Below, one piece after another: positions 11,154-22,218 of a stretch of DNA of 41,028 nucleotides. The stretch spans positions 75,272,557-75,313,584 of the forward strand of contig NC_057719.1 in the NCBI RefSeq assembly GCF_004010195.1, given 5' to 3'. This DNA is from Chiloscyllium plagiosum. Its lineage: Eukaryota. How positions within the stretch are numbered: the stretch's first letter is position 1; each line of letters opens with the position of its first letter. Below the pieces are notes generated by a model. That model saw nothing but the letters and a program-made list of their open reading frames with translations, did not search any database and was not told the DNA's origin. The position numbers were made by a program, and so were the translations under genes.

Positions 11154-11340
11154 ATTCGGAGATGCCGGTGTTGGACTGGGGTGTACAAAGTTAAAAATCA
11201 CACAACACCAGGTTATAGTCCAACAGGTTTAATTGGAAGCACACTAGCTTTCGGAGCGACGCTCCTTCATCAGGACCTGATGTCGCTCCGAAAGCTAGTG
11301 TGCTTCCAATCAAACCTGTTGGACCATAACCTGGTGTTGT
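11154..11340. mobile_element. Palindromic PLE-type insertion (family B) with 13-bp TSD
   Basis: Arms 11202-11260 and 11282-11340 are 59 bp with 2 mismatches. GGGAAAAAAGATG occurs at 11141-11153 and 11341-11353. Hammerhead motif at the centre. The PLE origin is inferred from architecture; no coding part is present. Confidence 0.85.
11242..11274 (-). ncRNA. Minimal type I hammerhead ribozyme motif (family B)
   Basis: Minus strand: c-CTGATGA-a-GGAGC-gtc-GCTCC-GAAA-GCT-A-gtg. Core intact; helix I weak in this copy. Confidence 0.6.
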
Positions 11341-11610
11341 GGGAAAAAAGATGTGATTCACAAAACCTTGCACTTTTCAAAAATACTTTGAAGCTTACAT
11401 AAAATACCTTAATAGGCCTTTTCAAGTTTAATGGATGAGGCAAATAAATCAAAGAACTGAAGTTAATCCTGATCAGTATATCAAAAGCTGTTATCAATAT
11501 TTGATGATGCAAATACTAGCAAGCAACCAGCAGGTTAAAGGTTAAATGGCAACTGGAGCATTCTCTTATATGTGCAACATTAATTTTAACCTCTTTCAAT
11601 ATTATATGAG

Positions 11611-11699
11611 TAGTAAACAGTCGTAAATCACAAATTGCAGCACACAGCACAGTGCAGCAGGCATTGGAGGCAGAATTGCTTCAAAATTAAACTCGTAAA
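11611..11699 (+). repeat. 89-bp direct duplication, copy 1
   Basis: 88/89 identical to 12773-12861. Confidence 0.95.
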
Positions 11700-12173
11700 T
11701 TCTCTCCCTAAGATCATAAGAAATAAGAGAAGAGTTGTTCCCTCAAGGGAGATAACAATATTGTAGGCAACTGGGAATCACTTTTTGTAGACGTGATGCA
11801 AAGTGATTTGACCACATAAAAAGGCGATGAGGTGTATTTTAACGCTAACTATATTTGCTCAGCCCAGTTTCAGAGATTCACATCACACTCGTGCTCTATA
11901 ACTGCCACGGCCTCCATCCTTTCTACCTGCACCACTCACCTCGAACCCAGACATTTAAAAATGGGAATCTAGTGCTGATGTCAATTCAAGACAGAGAATC
12001 TAGCAGTATTTCAAATTAATTGTTATAACAGAGTTGTAAGAGCTCACAAACTCAAAAGACAGCTGAAGTTTTTACTGCTCCCGAGGATACAAGATGCTAA
12101 TTGAATAGTCATGGTCTCGGGTTAAAACCCTTATGCGTTTAGGACACCCTAAGGACCTTGAACTGTATATTTA

Positions 12174-12432
12174 CATAAGAACATAAGAACTAGGAGCAGG
12201 AGTAGGCCTCTGGCCCCTCGAGCCTGTTCTGCCATTCAATAAGATCATGGCCAATCTTTTCATGGACTCAGCTCTACTTAAACCGCCTGCTCAGCATAAC
12301 CCTTAATTCTTTTACTGTTCAAAAGTCTACCTATTTTTGCCTTTAAAACATTCAATGAGGTAGCCTCAACTGTTCACTACGCAGGGAATTCCACAGATTC
12401 ACAACCCTTTGGGTGAAGAAGTTCCTCCTTCA
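12174..12432 (-). mobile_element. CR1-type LINE 3' end
   Basis: (CATAAGAA)2 tail, then AGGAGCAGGAGTAGGCC...GGAATTCCACAGATTCACAACCCTTTGGGTGAAGAAGTTCCTCC. Confidence 0.88.
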
Positions 12433-12772
12433 TTTTCTTTCGTCTTCCTTTCGTAATGGACACTATGCCTTTTTAACTTTGTGCCTCTTTATACGTATGC
12501 TTGATTTTGTGGCCAACTGTGGAGGGAGAAAAAAGGGGAACCCATTCAGTCCACCTCACCTAACTGCAACAGCAGCAAGAGTGATAGTGAAGAGTTGGAT
12601 TTAATGGAGACATCACGGTTCCAGTCAGCCTTAACTGCTTGCTTCAGGGTCTTGATTAGCATTGGATGGAAAAGACATTTCCACCACGGGCTTAATCGGG
12701 TTGGAGGCAGAAGGTGGCAGTGACAGATCGGAGGAACTCAAGACAAAACAGTTTGCGAAACAGTTACTAGGC

Positions 12773-12861
12773 TAGTAAACAGTCGTAAATCACAAATTGC
12801 AGCACACAGCACAGTGCAGCAGGCATTGGAGGCAGAATTGCTTCAAAATTCAACTCGTAAA
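12773..12861 (+). repeat. 89-bp direct duplication, copy 2
   Basis: 88/89 identical to 11611-11699. Confidence 0.95.
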
Positions 12862-13621
12862 GTTTAAAGAGAGGCAGAACAGCAGTCACATAAAGGTGGT
12901 CATTTTTGAAGGAGTCAGTCATTTCTTGTGGCACAATGGCTAACATCGCTGCATCTGAGTGAGAAGCACCAGGTTTAAGCTCCCTCTATGACTTGATGGC
13001 TAAGGAAGGTGCTTTCATAATGTGGCCAAACAGGTAGAGTATCAATATTTAAATGTTTCCAACACAAACACAAAAGCAAGTGGGCAGAGTGGAAGAGATG
13101 TCTGGTTATGTTGATAAATTTGAGCCTCTATCATTAACTAGACTGTGTAACATGCATGCAAAGTCTGTTTTAACCAAAATGCTCTTGTTTGGATTCTAAT
13201 CCAGGAATCCATCGCCCTGTGGGGTGACATCATCTTGCCTCGCTCAATTCTCACCTCATACAGACATTAGTTCATTCATCATAGACCAAAGGCTTAATGC
13301 AGGAACTTTCTGGGCTGCATAGCTGGGTATTAACAGCACTGAAGTGGATAGCATTGGAGATGTTGGTGAGAGGGTGATTTGTGGGGATGTGGTGGATAAA
13401 ATCTCGAGAGCTGGTGTCAGATATCACTAAACTATGTCCACATCTTACCAGTGAATTTTGATGGCATGAGACTTTTCAAATCCAGCAACTGAAAGCTGGC
13501 TATGATTGTTCAAGACTCAACCATACAGTTCTTTAGCAGTCCATTTATATTTTATGAGTATTGCATATGGGCTAAGATAGATCAATGGTCATCAGAACCC
13601 AGCAAGTTTAAATTCACTCAC

Positions 13622-13862
13622 AGGATGTTGCGCTAGACCAGCATTTATTGCCCATCCTTAATTGGCCTGGTGAAAGTGGTAGTGAGCTGTATTCTTGGAC
13701 CACCACAAAACATGTGATGAAACTTTTAGGGAGGTGGTTGTAGGGTTTTGATCTAGTGACACTGAAGGAGCAGCGACATGGTTCCAAGTCATGTTTGTGG
13801 CTTGGAAGAAAACTTGCATCTGCTGCCCTTACTCTCTACTTGCAGAGGTCATGGGTTTGGAA
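13622..13862 (-). mobile_element. LINE 3'-end fragment sharing its tail with the SINE at 19325-19677
   Basis: CCAGCATTTATTGCCCATCC.TAATTG is shared with 19351-19378; the sequence then continues into LINE-like coding remnant. Confidence 0.7.
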
Positions 13863-13889
13863 ACTGTGAAAACTGTGACCACGGACCAT

Positions 13890-14790
13890 TAGAAATCAGA
13901 ATTCATAAGGGAGAGAATTGCTGTTGAAATTACTGATGGGTCTTTGTCAGATTGGGTACAGTCTGAGGAAGACTTGACTTTGAGAAAGTTATTCAGAATG
14001 TGCCAAAAGCAGAAACCAGGAAAAATCAGAGCATTCCTGACAGGTGAAGGACAACCTTATCTCAGGACAGCAATGGAATACATTCTGTTCATAAGGTTTA
14101 AACACTCTCAAGACAGGCGTGACAAGCCAACATGAAGAACAGCTGAAACATGAGACATTAAGAATGAATGTCAGCATGCAGAACAAAAAAAACCTCAGAA
14201 GCATAAGCAATACTTAGCTGTGACAAAAAAAATGCCAAATCTATAAAACTATTGTTTAAGACCTTTTCATCATCCAATTGATCAAGGGGCAATCCATAGA
14301 AGATTTTGATCTCATCATAATTCACTGGTTATTGCACTCACGATCAAAGCCTACCATTACTGGAGTTGTCCCAGATGTACATATTTAATCAAACCACCAA
14401 ACTGTCCAATTTAGGTTAAAAGAATATTCACACCAAGTTAATTTTCCATTAAGAAGAAAATAGCCATTTATTGTAATCAAGCTGTTTTTCAACTTATGGC
14501 AGAAATAGACAAATTGAATTGCTGATCCATACTTCTCAATCTTAAACACTACCCCTTTTGTAATGTTCCCATACATGTACAAACCTATACAGAAAGAGAC
14601 AAGACACAAATATAAGGAAGAAAATTCAAGTCCAAGAAACATAGTTCTGACACCAGTCTGCAGAGTAGATATTGAAGACTTGATTACATTCAGTTTTCTT
14701 TTGACTCTTTCCAATTCATTGCTAACATTACAACTTCTGGATACAACAATTCAATGGTTGAGGATTCATTTTTTCAATGCCTTGGAAGGT
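13890..14790 (+). mobile_element. Decayed Gypsy-type gag (and possibly protease) fragment
   Basis: FIRERIAVEITDGSLSDWVQSEEDLTL matches the gag motif IRDRIVVGIxDxxLSxxLQxxxDLTL. The downstream part is uncertain. Confidence 0.6.
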
Positions 14791-15145
14791 CATAGAATCA
14801 TCATGGGATCCCTACAGTATGGAAACAGGCCATTCAGCCCAACAAGTGCACACCGAGCCTCCGAAGAGTAACCGACCCAAACCCATTCCCCAACTTGTTA
14901 CTCTACATTTACCCTGATTAATGCACCTAACCTACACACCCCTGAACACTACGGGCAATTTAGCACGGCCAATTCGCCTAACTTGCACAGCTTTGGACTG
15001 TGGAAAGAAACCAGAGCACCCCGAGGAAACTCACACAGACACGAGAGAATGTGCAAACTCCACACAGACAGTCGCCCGAGGCTGGAATTGAACCCAGATC
15101 CCTGGCATTGTGAGGCAGCAGTGCTAACCGCTGAACCACTGTGCT
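14790..15145 (-). mobile_element. HE1-type V-SINE
   Basis: Full-length match to the other copies; B box GGTTCAATTCC on minus. Confidence 0.92.
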
Positions 15146-15264
15146 AGGGTGATTGCTTCCTTTTATATTTCAAAAGGGGATTTGCAGAGAGAAAAGCTGA
15201 CAGGGAAAGATGAGGAAGAGTAGTTGGTGACTATGGATTTTCTTTAACTCCTCTACACAAAAGT

Positions 15265-15307
15265 GACAGACAGAGAGAGAGAAATAGAGAGAGAAGAGAG
15301 AGAGAGA
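15265..15307. repeat. Imperfect (GA)n microsatellite
   Basis: Directly visible. Confidence 0.85.
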
Positions 15308-16529
15308 TGGATGCTTTGTCTTTGCAGGCTGTGTCTGCTGTATTGTGCCATGGCTGTGGCAATCAGCCCAGGAGCCGATCTACTGTGTTGAGCCCTCCTG
15401 AGCCCACAGCAACTGATCCTGCTACTGATAGGCTTACTATGAACCTATCAAAAACAAACGCAGGATAGGAGAAACTTGTGTATACCAGCATTTAGTCCAG
15501 TCAGTGACAGCAGTGAGAGAGTGACTTGGGTAGCCTTTCAGCAGGACCAAAATCAAGGGCTTTTTTTTTAACTGGGGCTGGGTTTGGAGGCATCTTTAGC
15601 TGAAGCCTGGATCAGATGCCATTGTTTGTCGTGTGTAGGGAAGGGAGAAGAAGCCTCCACAGTATAGGTGTAGGGTGCACACATATACATTTCTTCAAAC
15701 ACATATCAAGAATCTGGTCATTGTCCAACTAAGGGACTGTTAATTTAAACCACTATCTGTTACCTTTCCCCCACTTGCAGTTCCTTTAAGTGTTCGAGAC
15801 CTTTCTTCTTGTCTTAGTGAAATTTATATTTCTACAAAACGTTGTTACTGCACCAATAGTGGAAGATAAAAGAAGTATTGAGAGACTTTGTTGTTGTCTG
15901 ATAAAATTACAGTGAGTCATAATTCAACTAAAGATTGTCTTTGTTCTATCAAAAGAGGAGACGCTATCTTTTCCACAGTTCTACCAAGTTGTAACTCAGT
16001 CACTTGTTTTTGAAATGTAACCTTGAAATTTCATAACATGGTCATGAAGTCACTACCATGGGACAGTGCCAACAAAGAAGGTTACCACCAATGATTTTTA
16101 CAGAAGAATCCTACATAACCAGCTGAGGATGCATCTGTAGTAACTGTCAATATGCTGGTCACACCAGAATAGCCACTAACCTCCTGTTCCACTCAACAAC
16201 AACAGAAGTCAGAGATATGCTCATTGTTACTGAATGTAGAAGGATCAATGGCAGCAGCCCACCTGGCAGCAGATGTGACTATGTCTGTGAACGAGGCAGC
16301 AGGGCACCTGGACATTGGCAGGAGTTTTAGACCCCAGTGAAACTAAATGTGGTGTTGGCCCTGTGTAGAAGTTTGTGGCATCAGCTGTCGTGCCACTTTG
16401 ACTGGCACCATTCTGCCCTAGGGTGAACTTCCCAAAGACATAATGAGGGCCAACAGGCTTGCCTACCAGTAAACAGTGGGTGGCCAATTAGCAGGAATTA
16501 TGAGTCAATTGAGATTCATTATCAGAAAG

Positions 16530-16645
16530 GCAGATGCTGGAGATTAGAGTCAAGATTAGAGTGGTGCTGAAAAAGCACAGCAGGTCAGACAGCATCCTAG
16601 AAGCAGAAAAATCAATGTTTCGAGCAAAAGCCCTTCATCAGGAAT
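16530..16645 (-). mobile_element. Single-arm PLE family A terminus
   Basis: CAGATGCTGGAGATTAGAGTC...AAAGCCCTTCATCAGGAAT; the hammerhead is degenerate at helix III. Confidence 0.85.
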
Positions 16646-16777
16646 GGGCCCATTGTCAGAAGTTGACTGAAATGGCTATGGTTGTGTCCATAGGATGTCC
16701 TGTGTATTGTACAATGAGCTAAATGTAAATAATGATGGCATGATCAATAACGTGTCTCTGACGTTAAGAGGATAAAA

Positions 16778-16950
16778 GAATCATAGAATCAACTACAGGA
16801 TGATAAAATCCCTACAGTGTGGAAGCAGATCATTTGGCCCATCAAATTTACTCTGGAGAGTTTTCCACCCAGACCCACACCCCTACTCTATCACTGTGAC
16901 CGTGTATTTCCTATGGATAATCCACCTAACCTTCATATCTTTGGACTTAG
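16778..16950 (-). mobile_element. 5'-truncated HE1 SINE
   Basis: GAATCATAGAATC tail, then CCCTACAGTGTGGAAGCAG...TAATCCACCTAACC...ATCTTTGGACT. Confidence 0.8.
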
Positions 16951-17451
16951 TTCGAAAGAAACATGTGAAAAGAGATGTCTTAGACATGACACGAGGAAAC
17001 CACAATTATTAACCTGCAGTATACAGATGTAAATAAAGGAGTATTGCAGATAATCAGGAGTGGAAGAGCCTTTTGTGAAAAAAAACAGTAACCAACCTCA
17101 GGGACAGTGTATGTGCACATACCCACAAACCAGAGATACTCAAAACTGATATGTAAGTATGCAGGTAGCTGTATTAGCTTAAAGCCCAAGGTTAAGCAGT
17201 GAGGGATTAATTATACGGGCAGCTACAGGGAAAAAAACCTCTAGAGCCAGGATCTGAAGTTTGAACAGAGTCCAAGGGAAACAACTCAAAAGGGAAGGTG
17301 AGAAAAGATCTTGAAAGATGCTGAGTAAAATGTTGGAGAAGTAAAAGATTTTGGAGGCCAATAAAGAACTTCAGAAGAATTCAAGGCCAAGCCAATTGTC
17401 TGGAGAGTTAGAAGCTTGGATTCAAAACACTTCAACAGCAAGAAGGAACAA

Positions 17452-17662
17452 GGAGAAAGTGAGGACTACAGATGCTGGAGATCAGAGTCGAGAGTGTGCT
17501 GCTGGAAAAGCACAGCCAGTCAGGCAACATCCAAGGAGCAGGAGAATCGACGTTTCAGGCACATACCCTTCATCAGGATGAAGGGCTTATGCCCGAAACG
17601 TTGATTGTCCTGCTTCTCGGATGCTGCCAGACCTGCTGTGCTTTTCCAGCACCACACTCTCA
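17452..17662. mobile_element. Palindromic PLE insertion (family A) with 15-bp TSD
   Basis: Inverted arms centred at about 17575, with a tail at 17452-17489. AGCAAGAAGG(A/G)ACAA occurs at 17437-17451 and 17663-17677. Confidence 0.9.
17546..17579 (-). ncRNA. Minimal type I hammerhead ribozyme motif (family A)
   Basis: Minus strand: atc-CTGATGA-a-GGGT-atgt-GCCT-GAAA-CGTC-gat. Helix I atc/gat; GUC cleavage triplet. Confidence 0.65.
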
Positions 17663-18487
17663 AGCAAGAAGGGACAACCCAAGCATTCGTGCAAGTAAGT
17701 TAGGCAGGATAGTCCATAACAATGGCAGTTCCAATAGAAATATTGCAGTTACTACAATCATTCAATAACATTGGAAAGGCCATAGTGAAGCCAGACATTG
17801 GAGCTCTGGAAGCAGCCATTTCAGTGCTATAGAACGTCTCTAGCATTATACATGAGGGAGCAGCACCTTCAATCAGCATGTTTCTAAATGCTATAGGTCC
17901 AACAGCTAACAAAGTTCTGTTATGGCAAAGCATCAAAGAAGGCACTCTGGAGTGGGATGGATTGATTAAAACACTCAACACATACTTTAATTCCCCCCCC
18001 TCCCCCCCTCCCCCGCAACTCCCCACAAAAGAAATGGTTGTAGATGGAATAAAATAGTTACAAAATCAGCGATCTTAGTGTTTGGGCGAATCAATAAAAA
18101 CCTTTACATCATCTCACAGGGATGTTACAGGCATGACCATGAATTATTAGAGACAGTACGGTTGTTGGTATGAGACGTTGTCAAAGGTGCTTCAATCCAA
18201 AGAGGATTTCATGATGAAACGGCCAATCTGATTCGATCTATGGACACAGATCTGATCCCAAAACTAGGTCAGCTCGGTGAGGAAACATCGGGAATTCCTC
18301 TGACATTTTCAGCTGGATATTGTCACCTTCCAGGTCACCCTAAACACACAGAATGGGAATCAACACCATTGACAATATTTTGATACAAGATGCTCCTGTA
18401 AATCACTAGAACAACAAATGTCCAGCAGAGAAGCTGCATATTATAAATATGACCAGATAGGAAATATTGCATCACATGATTATTTAT

Positions 18488-19165
18488 GCAAGGTTTGTGA
18501 AAGTTTGTAGCTCAGGTTGAGGTTTAGGGTGTAGGTTTGCTCGCTGAGCTGTAGGTTTGATATCCAGACGTTTCATTACCTGGCTAGGTAACATCATCAG
18601 TGGCGACCTCCAAGTGAAGCGAAGCTGTTGTCTCCTGCTTTCTATTTATATCTTTCTCCTGGATGGGGTTCCTGGGGTTTGTGGTGATGCCATTTCCTGT
18701 TCATTTTCTGAGGGGTTGATAGATGGTATCAATGTGTTTGTTTATGGCGTTGTGGTTGGAGTGCCAGGCCTCTAGGAATTCTCTAGCATGTCTTTGCTTA
18801 GCCTGTCCCAGGATAGATGTGTTGTCCCAGTCGAAATGGTGGTTTTTTTCTTCCATGTGTAGGGCTACGAGGGAGAGAGGGTCGTGTCTTTATTTCCTAG
18901 AGAATTCCTAGAGGCCTGGCACTCCAACCACAACGCCATAAACAAACACATAGATCTAGATACCATCTATCAACCCCTCAGAAAATGAACAGGAAATGAC
19001 ATCACCACAAACCCCAGGAACCCCATCCAGGAGAAAGATATAAATAGAAAGCAGGAGACAACAGCTTCGCTTCACTTGGAGGTCACCACTAATGATGTTA
19101 CCTAGCCAGGTAATGAAATGTCTGCATATCAAACCTACAGCTCAGTGAGCAAACCTACACCCTAA
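18488..19165. mobile_element. Large palindromic PLE insertion (family C, Penelope/Poseidon-like) with 12-bp TSD
   Basis: Arms 18523-18786 and 18897-19166 with a 110-nt spacer. ATGATTATTTAT occurs at 18476-18487 and 19166-19177. Minus strand encodes the GIY-YIG C-terminus SLVALHMEEKNHHFDWDNTSILGQAKQRHAREFLEAWHS. Confidence 0.92.
18564..18603 (-). ncRNA. Minimal type I hammerhead ribozyme motif (family C)
   Basis: Minus strand: cca-CTGATGA-t-GTTACCT-agcc-AGGTAAT-GAAA-CGTC-tgg. Helix I cca/tgg, 7-bp helix II, palindromic ACGT, GUC triplet. Confidence 0.75.
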
Positions 19166-19324
19166 ATGATTATTTATTTTTGAAAATATTATAACCTCTA
19201 TGCTAATGCAGGCTGAGGCTTTGGCCAATGGGATATAATGAGATATAAGGTTCCAGGCAAGGGACACATAATGGTAGGCACACTCTTGAAATAAAATGGA
19301 GAAAAAGGATCTTTTTTTTCCTTA

Positions 19325-19677
19325 ATGGAATGTCAGCATTGCTGGCCAGGCCAGCATTTATTGCCCATCCCTAATTGCCCAGAGGACGGTAAAGAGTCAT
19401 CCACATTGCTGTGGGTCTGGAGTCACATATAGGCCAGACCAGGCAGGGATGGCAGTTTCCTTCCCAGTGGGACATTAGTGAGCCAGCCAGGTTTATCTGA
19501 CAATCGGCAATGGATAGATAGTCATCGTTCAGTTCCTAATTCCAGTTTTATTTTTAATTATTGAATTCAAATTCCACCATCTGCTGTGAGTGAGATTTGA
19601 ACCCAGGTCCCCAAGACATTATTGGTGGTCTCTAGATCGACAGTCTAGCAACAAAACCACAAGGCCATCATCTCCCT
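19325..19677 (-). mobile_element. tRNA-headed SINE made of the LINE 5' region plus a LINE 3' tail
   Basis: Minus strand has A box TGGCCTTGTGG and B box GGTTCAAATCT. The body matches 22705-22990 and the tail matches 13622-13665. Confidence 0.8.
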
Positions 19678-19786
19678 GAGATCCTATCCTTGTAAAGATA
19701 GTGTCTTATTCTACCATTAATTTACAGGCAACTGAGGAAATACAACAAATCTGTGCAGCTTAGAACTCGGGCAAGGAATTGTAAAA

Positions 19787-19900
19787 GCAGATGCTAAAGA
19801 GTCAGTGGCGAAAAGTGTGTTGCTGGAAAAACACAGCAAGTCAGGCAGCATCCAATGAGCAGGAGAGTTGATGTTTCAGGCATAAGCCCTTCATCGGAAT
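19787..19900 (-). mobile_element. Single-arm PLE family A terminus
   Basis: GCAGATGCT...GCTGGAAAAACACAGCAAGTCAGGCAGCATCC...AAGCCCTTCATC. Confidence 0.85.
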
Positions 19901-20000
19901 AGTAAAAGGTCAAACAAATCTGCAAGGACTGATAAAACTTGATGCAACAAACCAAGTGCTGAAAAGGTACCTCAAGCAGAAAGAACACTTGACAAGATTT

Positions 20001-20352
20001 GTGGGCGGCACGGTGGCACAGTGGGCGGCACGGTGGCACAGTGGTTAGCACTGCTGCCTCACAGCGCCAGAGACCCGGGTTCAATTCCCGCCTCAGGCGA
20101 CTGACTGTGTGGAGTTTGCACGTTCTCCCCGTGTCTGCGTGGGTTTCCTCCGGGTGCTCCGGTTTCCTCCCACCATCCAAAGATGTGCAGGGTCAGGTGA
20201 ATTGGCCATACTAAATTGCCTGTAGTGTTAAGTAAGGGGTAAATGTAGGGGTATGGGTGGGTTTCGCTTCGGTGGGTCGGTGTGGACTTGTTGGGCCGAA
20301 GGGCCTGTTCCCACACTGTAATCTAATCTAATCTAATCTAAATCTAAAAAAA
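20001..20352 (+). mobile_element. Young HE1-type V-SINE with a duplicated 5' head
   Basis: CpG-rich. A box TGGCACAGTGG occurs twice (20014, 20034), B box GGTTCAATTCC at 20078-20088, V-domain present, (AATCT)n tail. Confidence 0.95.
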
Positions 20353-20867
20353 CAGAAGATTTATTGATTCACAAGATGGCTATGCAGAGAGAAATTCTAT
20401 AGCAACCCCATGGGAGACATCTAGGTATCACAAAATGCAGAGAAAGAGCTGAAAAAGCAGTGCAGTGGCCGGGCATTCGGAAAGACACACAGGGTTACTT
20501 TTCATCAGGCCAGTTTTGTGCCACACGCAGCCAAGTGTTAACAGAGCCAATGATATCGTCAAGGTTTCCAAACAGGTCATGGAAAAGGCTAGCAATGGAT
20601 TTGTTCAATTTTCAAATTGCAAGATGTGTTTGAGTCCAAGTCAAGTATTATTGAAGAGGCATGACTTCACTCCACACCAGCAGACTGAGTGGTCACAGCC
20701 TGCAAAGGACCTTTGCAATACAGTTTCCCAGATGAATGAGTATCAGGCAATGGATCTTAATTCATGAACAGGAGATTCAGTCTGGAGACCAGTGTACTCA
20801 GAACTACAGTGTTGAATAAGGGGCACTTGCCAGCTGAATTGGTAATGGAAAAATATTAAATATAAAT

Positions 20868-21311
20868 ATACCAGTTTACAGGGATGTTGCCAGGGTTGGA
20901 GGGTTTGAGATATAGGGAGAGCTGAATAGGCTGGGGCTGCTTTCCCTGGAGCGTCAGAGACTGAGGGGTGACCTTATAGAGGTTTATAAAATCATGAGGG
21001 GCATGGATAGGGTTGGGTGAGTCCAGAACTTGAGGGCATAGGTTTAAGGTGAGAGGGGAAAGACTTAAAAGGGATCTCAGGGGTAACTTCTTCATGCAGA
21101 GGGCGGTGTGTGCATGGAATGAGATGCCTGAGAAAGTGGTGGAGGCGAGTACAATTACAGCACTTAAAAGGTATCTGGCTGGGTATATGAATAGGAAGGG
21201 TTTAGAGGCCAAATGCTGGCAAATGGGAATAGATGAATTTAGGATATCTGGTTGGCATGGATGTGTTGGACTGAAGGGTCTGTTTCCATGCTGTACATCT
21301 CTATGACTCTA
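20868..21311 (+). mobile_element. CR1/HER1 LINE 3' fragment
   Basis: FTGMLPGLEGLRYRE..RLRGDLIEVYKIMRG..RGNFFMQRAVCAWNEMPEKVVEA; tail CTCTATGACTCTA. Confidence 0.92.
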
Positions 21312-21932
21312 GAACAAAATCTCGAGCCAAACATCAGAACGTAAAACAGCTCAAGAAAAGCCACAGCAAAAAGCAAGAGATGTAATACAACTCTAGACAA
21401 AAGGTGAAAACTGTCAATCGTAAGGCCAGGGCAGAAATGTGGTTGAGGAAGAGGAACTCAGAAACTATGGTCATCAGGATAATTGATCAATCAAGATCTT
21501 ATATTGTCAGAAACCTTGATGAAACATTCAAAAGGAACAGGGAGATATTTATCCGACTCGAGGCAAGATGTGACACCGAGAATAATGATCGTGAAATGTG
21601 TGGTAGATATCCATACCACATTAAGTGGTGTACAGAGTGCTACAATCATTCCAGACACAGCATAACACCAGCATCCTAGTATTGAACCCGAGGCAAACAG
21701 ATGGGAATGTCACTCAGAGTTCCAGATCATCTCCACTTGTGAGATTCAGGTTTTGGAGGGGGGTTGTTGGAGAGAGACTGTCTTAATAGTAATAGTGGTG
21801 ATAATAATTTCAATGGAGATATTAATGATTACAGGGACTATGTAAGTAAGTTAAAGTGAATATTGGGCTAATGTAGACCAAGCAGAGAGAAACGTGGGGG
21901 TGGGGGGGAATGGAATTTGGAAATGCCGTATG

Positions 21933-22098
21933 TAGAAGAACCTCGATTATCCGAAGGACATGGGTGGGGAGTATTTTGTTCGGTTAATCGAATTCCGGAT
22001 AATTGAATGCTGGATAACATAGGTTAGCCAAGCATCGGAACCTTGCGATCTTGCCGGATAATACAATATTCGGATAATCGAATGCTGGATAATCTCTG
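21933..22098. mobile_element. pogo/Tigger-like MITE
   Basis: Starts (C/T)AGAAGAACCTCGATTATCCGAA and ends GGATAATC-TCTG followed by TA. Internal GGATAAT repeats. Second copy at 34799. Confidence 0.7.
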
Positions 22099-22218
22099 TA
22101 GTGGAATGTATGTAAGTAATGATGACGCAATTGATAAAGTGACTCTGATATTGGTAGGAGAGAAGACAGCAGACTAGCGCTAACATAGAAAAGAGAGGTC
22201 TTAGACACTACATTAGAG

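Noticed and set aside
15150..16040. Possible solo LTR ending CATAACA followed by TGG
   Set aside because: No second copy, TSD or clear 5' TG boundary is visible.
20021..20095. tRNA gene
   Set aside because: It is the tRNA-derived head of an HE1 SINE and continues into the V-domain and LINE-like tail.
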